This document shows positions 9,706-17,854 of a stretch of 64,000 nt of DNA, one piece after another. The first letter of the stretch is position 1. Each line of letters opens with the position of its first letter. This DNA is from Acidobacteriota bacterium (lineage in GTDB: Bacteria > Acidobacteriota > Blastocatellia > Pyrinomonadales > Pyrinomonadaceae). The notes under the pieces were generated by a model. The model made no database searches and was not told where the DNA came from. It was given only the letters and a program-made list of their open reading frames with translations. Location: contig JAEWBM010000029.1 of assembly GCA_023391155.1 (NCBI GenBank), forward strand, positions 10,892 to 74,891. Direction: 5' to 3'. The translations under genes were made by a program, and so were the position numbers.

Positions 9706-11210
9706 CACAAATGGACAGCACACTCTTCAAACTCCTTCTCAGATCGTCATCGGCGGCCGGATCAGGATTGCTCTTGATCGGTATAGGACTCTTGGCCGTT
9801 CACCTTTTCGGGATAAGCGAGTCGATGTCCCCCGCAGTGCTTTCACTCGTGGGTGGTTCAGTGCTTTCGATCGCGGCCCTCTCCGGCCTAAACTATTGGA
9901 ACGTCCACTATTACCGCCGGATTACTGCTGTTGAAGAACACCTCGATCGGCTTGCTCACGGCCGTCTGACAAAGATTGAGACACCCGGAGAACTGTTCGA
10001 TCGGCTCCGCGCTGTCTCTGCCTATCTGGAAAAGAGCTCGGAACAGATCGCGTTACTTGCAAAAGGTGACGGTCCTGAGGACATTCTCATACCGGAAACA
10101 GACGGAGTGATCGGCAAGGCAGTCCAAACGTTAGGCGATCGCCTTTTGGCTATCCGCAGCGAACACCGCGCGGCAGATTCCATCAGGGCCGAGCTCGCCG
10201 AGCTTGCCCGCACAGCCGATTCACTCGCGGCGTTGGATCTCACGGCTGCGTGGGAAGCCCGGTCGCCCGAATGTTCAGACGCCGCAGCATCCTTCAATGA
10301 TGCCGCCGCGACGCTGCGGTCTCGCCTTCACGGCATCCGCGACTCCGTCACCCGACTGAGCGCTTCGACCACGGAATTTGAAGAGATATCCGAACAACTC
10401 CTCCGCAGCGGAAACGCTCAAAGCACTCAGATCGAACGATCCGCCGGCGGCATCGCCGGAACCGCGCGACAGTTCGCAGGGCTCCAAACCCGCGTCACTG
10501 AAACGCTAGCCGTGGCCGGTGGGCTCGATAATTCTGTCGCCGTCGAAAACAAGTCTGCCGATGAACATCTCTCGGCATTGACCGACCTGCGTAGACAGGT
10601 TCAGGAGAACCTCCGGCGGACAAAACGGCTTGGCGAACGATCGCAGGAGCTTGCTCAGCTTGCACGCTCATTTGAGGAACTTACGGAGCGGGCGGGCCTT
10701 TTTGCAATGAATGCAGCCCTGATCCCCTCGGGCCGCAGCGCAGGAACTTTCGCCGCTGAGTCAGAGCAGATCGCCGATCGCTGTTCCAAGCTCTCGCGGC
10801 AGCTCTCCGCCTTTAATAACCGCTTTGTCGCTGAAAGCAAAGAGGCCGCAGCCGCCAACGAAGATGTCATCAGGGAAGTCATTCACGCCTGCACTCAGGC
10901 AGAGACGATCCTGGCGTCCTCGGCCGACATGCGTTCCCGCTCGCTTGAGCTTAGCGAGTTGCTCGATGTTCTCGCTTCATCGATCAGCTACCAGGCCAAG
11001 AGTGCTCATGACTCGGCGGCGGCCATGACCGGGATTGCCGAGGTGACCGAATTGATACGTTCCGGCGCCAAACGCTGCTCCGCATCCTCTCAACGGCTTT
11101 CCCGCTACTCAGCCGAACTCACCGCCGCGCTCGCGGCATTTCGCCTTCCGGCCGAACGGCCGATCCTCGAGGATCGGGCCACACCCAATCGATCCGGTTT
11201 CGTTAATTAA
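9702..11210 (+). CDS. Second methyl-accepting-chemotaxis-like protein (paralogous architecture)
   Basis: Two TM helices with a very short loop, then a long coiled coil. The tip-like motif is RAGLFAMNAALIPSGRSAGTFAAESEQIADRCSKL (around nt 10690-10790). The start overlaps the upstream stop as ATGA. Confidence 0.65.
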   Translation: MTQMDSTLFKLLLRSSSAAGSGLLLIGIGLLAVHLFGISESMSPAVLSLVGGSVLSIAALSGLNYWNVHYYRRITAVEEHLDRLAHGRLTKIETPGELFDRLRAVSAYLEKSSEQIALLAKGDGPEDILIPETDGVIGKAVQTLGDRLLAIRSEHRAADSIRAELAELARTADSLAALDLTAAWEARSPECSDAAASFNDAAATLRSRLHGIRDSVTRLSASTTEFEEISEQLLRSGNAQSTQIERSAGGIAGTARQFAGLQTRVTETLAVAGGLDNSVAVENKSADEHLSALTDLRRQVQENLRRTKRLGERSQELAQLARSFEELTERAGLFAMNAALIPSGRSAGTFAAESEQIADRCSKLSRQLSAFNNRFVAESKEAAAANEDVIREVIHACTQAETILASSADMRSRSLELSELLDVLASSISYQAKSAHDSAAAMTGIAEVTELIRSGAKRCSASSQRLSRYSAELTAALAAFRLPAERPILEDRATPNRSGFVN

Positions 11211-13919
11211 ATGGCCCCGGCTAAGGAGATCAAAGCAGACATTTCGTCGGCAGCGCACGCGATGCGCTCGACGCTCTTGGTCGCGCTCACGGGCTCCGAA
11301 GCGCCGCCGCTTCCTATCTCCCGTTTTGAGCAATTTCTGGAGCATTTCAACGATGACCCCGACGCTCAGGAGATCGGCCGCAAGGTGGTTGACGCCGCCA
11401 GGCTGGTCGAAAATAACCCCGATGAACCCGATCCGATAATCGCCGCTCTCGATGCGGTCTCGGAATTCGAATCTTATCTCAATCCGCTCGCCATCGGCGA
11501 GGAAGCCCTGGTCGGCGATGTCGATCAGATGATCGACGAGTCTTTTGACCGAATGCTCGGTGTGCCGACGGAGCCGGGCCGCCCCGATCCCGCGTCATCG
11601 CCGGGCTTCGAGATCGACGACGAACTCCGCGAGGTGTTTGCCGAAGAGGCCGAATCGCTCCTTACTTCGATGGGCGAACATCTGGACCGGATGGCGCAAG
11701 ACCCGTCCAACAAGGACGCCTTGTGGGAGGTCCGCCGCAACGCCCACACTCTAAAAGGTTCAGCCGGCATCGTCGGATTGACCGCTGCCAGCGAACTTGC
11801 CCACCGCATCGAAGATCTGCTCGATGATCTCGCAGAAACGGACGCTGCGCCGCCGCCAAAAATAATTCCCGTTCTGCTGACGGCGACCGAATGCCTCCGT
11901 GCAATGGCCGCCGGCGATGCCACGAACCGCGTCGCCGAGGTCCGCGACCGCATTTACCGCGAGCTGGATAGCATGGCTGCCGGGGGTCCCGCAGAAACTG
12001 TGAACGAACAAGACGAAAAAGCTGTCGTCTACGACCCTGCGCCTGTGGATGAGACCGTTCGTGAATCCGAACAAGCAACTGAGCCCCGTTCCGTTGTTCG
12101 AGTGCCCATCGAAATGCTCGATGAGCTCCTGACGATCGCACGGGAGGGTACGGCGGTCCGCTCCCAGCTTGAGCATAAATTGTCGCAGCTAGATCGACAG
12201 GCGGACGAGATCCACAATCTCGCCCGGCGCCTTGCTTCACTCAGCAGCCGTCTGGAATCCGATCTCGAGCTTTCACTCCTTGCATCGGACCGCAACACGG
12301 TGCTCGCCGGATCGGCGCGGCTCGACCCCGGCGCATCCCGCGACCTTGACCCTCTCGAATTCGACCGTTACACCGACGTCCACGAATCGCTTCGCGAACT
12401 CTCGGAAACCGCCGCGGATGCCGCAGAGATCAGCAGCTCCGTCGAGGAGCTCAATGACCATTTCGAACAGCTTTTCCGGACCCAACGGCGGTCGATCGAT
12501 TCGCTCCAGGATCGGATCCTCCGCAGCCGACGCATCTCATTTGACGGCCTGCGTCCGCGCCTTGAGCGGATCGTCCGGCTTACCGCGGCGGATGAAAACA
12601 AGATCGCCGAGCTTCAGCTCGAAAATTCCGACGCCGAGATCGATACTCAGCTAATGGATTCGCTCGCGGAACCGCTTCAGCACTTGCTCAAGAACGCTGT
12701 CGTCCACGGCATCGAATCGCCCGAAGCCCGCCGCCTTATCGGCAAGCCCGAAACAGGGCGCGTGACGGTGAGCCTCACAGACCGCGAGACACATATTGAG
12801 ATCGTCGTTGCCGATGACGGAGCCGGTATCGCCCCCGATGCCCTTGCGGCACGTGCGGTCAACACCGGCCTGCTCTCTCGCGAAGAAGCGTCACGGCTCT
12901 CAGAGATCGAAAAGCTTCACCTCATTTTCAAAAAGGGCCTTACAACGGCCGAAAAGCTCGACCTCAATGCCGGCCGGGGGATAGGCATGAGTATCGTCCG
13001 AGAGGGCGTCGACGCGATCGGCGGCACTATCGCCGTCGATACTTTGCTCTACGGCGGAACGCGGTTCACGCTCCGTATGCCGCTCAAGCTCGCTTTGACC
13101 AACGCCCTTATTCTGGGCGTGGGCCGCGAAAAAGTGGCGGTCCCTCTGAAAAATATTGAACGTGTCGTTGAGTTTGCCGCCGCGGATATCTTTTCGGAAG
13201 GCTCCGACGACCTCGTTGAGATCACCGGCGCCCGCCATATCGTCCGCCCCTTTTCCGAGGTATTAGGATGGGGCAGCGGCCGCTGGGAGGCCGATCAGGT
13301 CATTACCGCACTGCTCGTCCCGGCCGGCGGCCAAACATATGCCGTGACGGTTGAGGACCTTATAAGGGCCGAGGAATTGGTGATCAAGCCCGTCGGCCCC
13401 CCGCTCGCATCTATTTCATCCCTGATAGGCGCCGCCGAGCTTTCAACCGGTGAAGCGGTCGCGATCGTCGATCTTCGCTCGCTGCTCGCAGGTGCTCACG
13501 ACCGCCATGTCATGCCGCCGCCCGCTTCGGACGAGCGCCCGCTGGTGATGGTCGTCGACGATTCGCCGAGCATCCGGCATCTGACCGGGAACATCCTGAC
13601 AAAGGCCGGAATGGACGTGATCCAGGCAAAGGACGGCGTCGACGCTCTGGAACAGCTCGATCGTGCCAAAACACTGCCGGATGTGATCTTTACTGATATT
13701 GAAATGCCCCGCCTCGGGGGCTTGGAACTAGCGGCAAGACTAAGATCGTCTGAGAAATTCCGTGACGTCCCCGTGATCGTGATCACCTCTCGCTCTGCGG
13801 AAAAGCACCGCGATCTTGCACGCGAGGCCGGCGTGGCCGATTACCTTACAAAACCCTTTGCCGAAGGCGACCTAGTCGCTGCGGCCCATCGATATCTTCG
13901 GTCCGTGCCCGCCGCGTGA
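11211..13919 (+). CDS. cheA: Hybrid CheA-type histidine kinase with C-terminal receiver (Hpt, dimerisation, HATPase, CheW-like and REC domains)
   Basis: Hpt motif RRNAHTLKGSAGIVGL. ATPase motifs LLKNAVVHGIE, VADDGAGI and GRGIGMSIV. CheW-like segment ALILGVGREKVAVPLKNIERVVEF. REC domain LVMVVDDSPSIRHL...VIFTDIEMPRLGG...YLTKPF. The ATG directly follows the upstream TAA. Confidence 0.9.
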   Translation: MAPAKEIKADISSAAHAMRSTLLVALTGSEAPPLPISRFEQFLEHFNDDPDAQEIGRKVVDAARLVENNPDEPDPIIAALDAVSEFESYLNPLAIGEEALVGDVDQMIDESFDRMLGVPTEPGRPDPASSPGFEIDDELREVFAEEAESLLTSMGEHLDRMAQDPSNKDALWEVRRNAHTLKGSAGIVGLTAASELAHRIEDLLDDLAETDAAPPPKIIPVLLTATECLRAMAAGDATNRVAEVRDRIYRELDSMAAGGPAETVNEQDEKAVVYDPAPVDETVRESEQATEPRSVVRVPIEMLDELLTIAREGTAVRSQLEHKLSQLDRQADEIHNLARRLASLSSRLESDLELSLLASDRNTVLAGSARLDPGASRDLDPLEFDRYTDVHESLRELSETAADAAEISSSVEELNDHFEQLFRTQRRSIDSLQDRILRSRRISFDGLRPRLERIVRLTAADENKIAELQLENSDAEIDTQLMDSLAEPLQHLLKNAVVHGIESPEARRLIGKPETGRVTVSLTDRETHIEIVVADDGAGIAPDALAARAVNTGLLSREEASRLSEIEKLHLIFKKGLTTAEKLDLNAGRGIGMSIVREGVDAIGGTIAVDTLLYGGTRFTLRMPLKLALTNALILGVGREKVAVPLKNIERVVEFAAADIFSEGSDDLVEITGARHIVRPFSEVLGWGSGRWEADQVITALLVPAGGQTYAVTVEDLIRAEELVIKPVGPPLASISSLIGAAELSTGEAVAIVDLRSLLAGAHDRHVMPPPASDERPLVMVVDDSPSIRHLTGNILTKAGMDVIQAKDGVDALEQLDRAKTLPDVIFTDIEMPRLGGLELAARLRSSEKFRDVPVIVITSRSAEKHRDLAREAGVADYLTKPFAEGDLVAAAHRYLRSVPAA

Positions 13920-14651
13920 TCACTTTTTCGGCGGCTTGCTCGGCCGCACTTCCACCTTGCTCGGCAGCGTCCTTTGCGGCATTTTCAAAAGGTCTACAAC
14001 TATTTCACCGATATCGCCCGGCTGTATCTGCCAAGCCTTGTCGTCGCTCGGTGTGTCGCCTCCGAACGCAGTATTCACACTGCCCGGACAAATGTAACTC
14101 ACCTTTATATTGTCGTGGCGGACCTCTTGCATCAGCGCCTCGGTAAACCCGTTCAGCCCGAATTTCGACGCATTGTAGGCAGCCATTCGCGGGTGGGCAT
14201 TTTGCCCCGCAAGCGACGATATGTTGAAAATGTAACCGCCCCCGCGACTCTTCATTCGCGGTATAGCGTAATGGCAGCCGTAGAAAACACCGTTAAGATT
14301 CGTCTCGAGCGTTTGGCGGAACTCTTCACCTGACAGTTCTTCTACCGTCTTTCCGAAATAGCCCACGCCCGCGTTGTTCACCAGGATATCCACGCCGCCA
14401 AAGACCCGCTCGCACTCTTCCAGCATCATCCGCACTTGGTCCTCGCTGCGAACGTCACAGATCTCGCCCGCGGCCTCGCCCTTCTGCGACAGCCGGTCGA
14501 TCGCCGTCTTCAGGTCGCCCTTGTCCCGCCCGCAAATGAAAACACGTGCACCTGCCTCGATCAGGGCATCAGCGATCCCAAAACCGATCCCCTTCGTGCC
14601 TCCCGTGACGACCGCAACGGATTCGCGGATATTATCTTTACTAGTGCTCAT
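13920..14651 (-). CDS. Short-chain dehydrogenase/reductase (SDR) family oxidoreductase
   Basis: TGGTKGIGFGIA cofactor motif, NNAG, and the catalytic YNASK motif. Confidence 0.9.
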   Translation of the reverse strand: MSTSKDNIRESVAVVTGGTKGIGFGIADALIEAGARVFICGRDKGDLKTAIDRLSQKGEAAGEICDVRSEDQVRMMLEECERVFGGVDILVNNAGVGYFGKTVEELSGEEFRQTLETNLNGVFYGCHYAIPRMKSRGGGYIFNISSLAGQNAHPRMAAYNASKFGLNGFTEALMQEVRHDNIKVSYICPGSVNTAFGGDTPSDDKAWQIQPGDIGEIVVDLLKMPQRTLPSKVEVRPSKPPKK

Positions 14652-15637
14652 TTACCCTGTTCTCCATCGACCGCGATGGCGGCCGTGAACTTATTGTCGA
14701 CCGTCTTTCGCTGGTCGGGCGTGTCCATTCTGAGTTTCGGCGATTCCTTCTTTAAAATGCGCTTCCAGGCAATGGTGACCGACCCGTCATCATGGAGCCG
14801 CACGACCCTGAACACAACCGTAACGTCGAATCGTTTATCAAAGCTCAGTTCATCGTAGACGATCCCGTTGAAGGACCTCATAACGGTTCCGCGATATGCG
14901 ATCGAACGCAGAGCATATGTCATATTCTCAGCGGTGTTGACAACCTGGCGGTACTCAAATCCATTGCGATCGATACCGGCTTGCAGTTCGCGCCCGACTC
15001 TCACCGCGGAATCAAGGTCGCGAGAGGGACTGAAGTTGATCAAGAATTCCATGCCGGGCGTTGACGCCGTAACGCTGCCAAGTTCAACGTCCCCGAGTTT
15101 CGTGAGGATGCCGTGCTGAAATATACCGCCGACCTCAAACCTCCCATTCCTGTATCGAAGATCCGCGATACGGTCGATGGAGTACCCCGCCTTTCTGAAA
15201 GAATAGAAAGCGCCGTTTCCCGGCATCGGATATTCCATGCACTTGGTCGAAGCCGAAATGACATACGGCGAACCGGCACAGTCGCTGTTGTCGGCCAGCC
15301 GTACGAGCCCCGTGTTCTTCTGCCGCAAAAGATCTCGGAGCATCTGAATGTCCGCAGCCTCCGGCGCCAGCGCTTCCTTTTCCTTTGCCGTCGCCTCGCG
15401 GTAGATCTTTTTCAGGTCTAAAAGCGTACTCGCCGGCAACGGGCGGCGGCGGGCATTTCCGGGAGTGACGTTCCGTAAACGATAGAACTCGTTGTTTTGT
15501 CGACGTCGTTCCTCTTCCTGCCTTTGCCGTTCGAGGGTGGCGTTCGGTGTCGGTTGTGGCGCCGGGGTCGGCGAGGTGGTTTGCGAGTGCGTGCCGGCGG
15601 TCAATACAAGAATCGCCATGACAGACCATTTCATCAT
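14648..15637 (-). CDS. Secreted hypothetical protein
   Basis: Signal peptide MMKWSVMAILVLTAGTHSQ. I recognise no family. Its stop overlaps the SDR start (ATGA). Start moved to the ATG at 15637. Confidence 0.55.
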   Translation of the reverse strand: MMKWSVMAILVLTAGTHSQTTSPTPAPQPTPNATLERQRQEEERRRQNNEFYRLRNVTPGNARRRPLPASTLLDLKKIYREATAKEKEALAPEAADIQMLRDLLRQKNTGLVRLADNSDCAGSPYVISASTKCMEYPMPGNGAFYSFRKAGYSIDRIADLRYRNGRFEVGGIFQHGILTKLGDVELGSVTASTPGMEFLINFSPSRDLDSAVRVGRELQAGIDRNGFEYRQVVNTAENMTYALRSIAYRGTVMRSFNGIVYDELSFDKRFDVTVVFRVVRLHDDGSVTIAWKRILKKESPKLRMDTPDQRKTVDNKFTAAIAVDGEQGK

Positions 15638-15671
15638 ATCGATCTCCCTCATATGGAGCCCTTCCAATATC

Positions 15672-17159
15672 CTAGAGCTTTTGCCTTAGAAGTTCGTTGA
15701 CGACCTTCGGATTTGCCTTGCCCTGCGAGGCCTTCATTACTTGGCCGACAAAAAATCCGAAAAGCTTCTCGTTACCGCCCCGATAAGCCGCAACCTGGCC
15801 CTCGTTCGCGGCGATGACCTCATCGATGATCCTCGCGATCGAATCTTCATCCGAGATCTGCTCCATTCCCTTTTCGGCGATGACATCCGCGGGGCCTTTG
15901 CCAGTGGCGAACATCTCGATCAGCACCTCTTTCGCCTGGCTATTGTTGATCTTACCGGCGTCCAGGGTCCTGATCAGCTCACCGAGCCCTTCAGCCGTCA
16001 CCGGCGATTCTGCGGCGGTCTTACCGGCGTTATTGAGTTCCCGGCTGAGTTCCGACAGCACGAAGTTCGCGGTCGTACGCGGGTTTCCCGACGCCCGTGC
16101 CGCAGTTTCATAGAACTCCGCAAGCGAGCGGTCCGCTACGAGCTGTGACGCGTCGGCGTACGATAGGGAATACTCCTCCATCATTCGGTCCCGCATCGTA
16201 TCCGGCAGCTCCGGCATGACGGCCTTGACCTCTTCGATATACTCCGCCGTCACACGCAGCGGCTGCAGGTCCGGTTCGGGAAAATAGCGGTAATCGTGCG
16301 CGTCCTCCTTTGAGCGCATCACCCGCGTCTCATTGTTCTGTTCGTCCCAAAGCCGCGTCTCCTGCTGCACGCCTTCCCCGGATTCATGTGCGGCGATCTG
16401 GCGTTCTATCTCAAATTCGATCGCCTTTTGCATGAACCGCACCGAGTTGAGGTTCTTCAGTTCGACCTTATTATTGAATCCCGTCTCGCCCGTCCGCCTC
16501 ACTGATACGTTCGCCTCGCACCTGAGATTCCCTTTCTCCATGTCGGCGTCGCTCGCACCGACCCACTGCAGCACGCGTCGAACATGGTTTACATAGTCAT
16601 ATGCCTGCCGCGAGGTCCTAAAGTCGGGTGCCGTCACTATCTCACCAAGCGGTGTGCCCGCCCGGTTAAGATCGACGTAGGAATATTTGTCCGTATCCGG
16701 AAGCCCCTCGTGCACGTTCTTGCCCGCGTCTTCCTCCAAATGCATACGCTCGATATGAATGGTCATCGGGGACCATTCGCGGGCGTGGCCGTGATCGTCG
16801 CGGTCGGCGGTCATGATGGTGAGCGTTCCGTTGGCTGAGAAAGGCCGGTCGTATTGCGAGATCTGATAGCCTTTTGGCAGATCGGGATAGAAATAATTCT
16901 TGCGGGCAAACACCGACGTTTCCTGGATCTCAAGCCCCAGCGCCAGTGCCGCGCGGGCGCCCAGCTCGATCACCCTCCGGTTCAGCACCGGCAGCGCTCC
17001 CGGCAGCCCGAGGCACACCGGACACGTGTTGGCGTTCGGCTCCCCGCCAAATTCCACGCGGCAGCCGCAGAAGATCTTCGTTTCGGTCGCGAGCTGTGTG
17101 TGGATCTCCATTCCGATCACAGCTTCCCAGCCATTTTTCATAGTTTCGCCTTCAGTCAA
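15672..17159 (-). CDS. gatB: Asp-tRNA(Asn)/Glu-tRNA(Gln) amidotransferase subunit B
   Basis: The GatB N-terminus WEAVIGMEIHTQLATETKIFCGC...CPVCLGLPGALPVLN is present, and the C-terminal GatB/YqeY tail ...GQVMKASQGKANPKVVNELLRQKL. The start may instead be the ATG at 17141. Confidence 0.95.
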   Translation of the reverse strand: MTEGETMKNGWEAVIGMEIHTQLATETKIFCGCRVEFGGEPNANTCPVCLGLPGALPVLNRRVIELGARAALALGLEIQETSVFARKNYFYPDLPKGYQISQYDRPFSANGTLTIMTADRDDHGHAREWSPMTIHIERMHLEEDAGKNVHEGLPDTDKYSYVDLNRAGTPLGEIVTAPDFRTSRQAYDYVNHVRRVLQWVGASDADMEKGNLRCEANVSVRRTGETGFNNKVELKNLNSVRFMQKAIEFEIERQIAAHESGEGVQQETRLWDEQNNETRVMRSKEDAHDYRYFPEPDLQPLRVTAEYIEEVKAVMPELPDTMRDRMMEEYSLSYADASQLVADRSLAEFYETAARASGNPRTTANFVLSELSRELNNAGKTAAESPVTAEGLGELIRTLDAGKINNSQAKEVLIEMFATGKGPADVIAEKGMEQISDEDSIARIIDEVIAANEGQVAAYRGGNEKLFGFFVGQVMKASQGKANPKVVNELLRQKL

Positions 17160-17226
17160 ACAAAAATGCGGACAATGAACTCAATCATAATCCGCACGTT
17201 TGAATAAACAAAATTTGGGATCCGCC

Positions 17227-17745
17227 TTACCTCCGAACTCGAAAGACCGGACGCGTCCGCATCGTCGAGGGGCTCCACGTGTAGCTCGAACGCCCGCCGG
17301 GCTCATAGATCACGCCGCCCGGGCCTGCCCGCCAGCCGATCACCGGCCCGCGGCGGATAAATCGCCCGCCCCGCCAATAATTGCGGTATCGCGTCGGGTA
17401 GGCGTAGCCGTAGATCGTGCTGCCGCCGCCCGCGTACTGCTCGTTCACGATTACAACGTCCCTCCGGTCATTGGCTCGTAGTTGGGCCTCGGCCTGTTCG
17501 CGGGCGATGCGCTCGCGGGCAAGCCGCGCCGCCAGTTCCTCACGCTCCTTGGCGTCGGCAACCCGTTTCGCCTCAAGCTCTTCGGGCGACGGGAACCCCA
17601 GCCGTTCATAGTTTTCGCGAAGCTCGCGTTCCGCAGCCAGCCGTTTCTGACGATATTTTTCGAGATCGGCGTTCGTGACGGTTGACTGGGCCGATACGCC
17701 CATTGTCAGTATTGAGAGTCCGATGACCGCTATTAATATTCGCAT
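17227..17745 (-). CDS. Secreted hypothetical protein with charged coiled-coil segment and Gly/Arg/Tyr-rich tail
   Basis: GGTGGAG lies upstream of the ATG at 17745. The signal peptide is MRILIAVIGLSILTMGVSAQS. Confidence 0.5.
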   Translation of the reverse strand: MRILIAVIGLSILTMGVSAQSTVTNADLEKYRQKRLAAERELRENYERLGFPSPEELEAKRVADAKEREELAARLARERIAREQAEAQLRANDRRDVVIVNEQYAGGGSTIYGYAYPTRYRNYWRGGRFIRRGPVIGWRAGPGGVIYEPGGRSSYTWSPSTMRTRPVFRVRR

Positions 17746-17854
17746 TTCTCCACCTCGATATTTCGATGATATCACGCATTCGCTCGTTGCCGTCTCGTCT
17801 CATAGTGTGAATGAGACGGCGATACGACTGAGACGGCATGAGACGCTTAAAGCG

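Noticed and set aside
17160-17226. Hairpin GCGGA-(18 nt)-TCCGC plus a T-run (minus strand) between the 182-aa ORF and gatB, considered as a terminator.
   Set aside because: The stem is only 5-6 bp and the loop is very large. It is too weak to call and could equally be chance.
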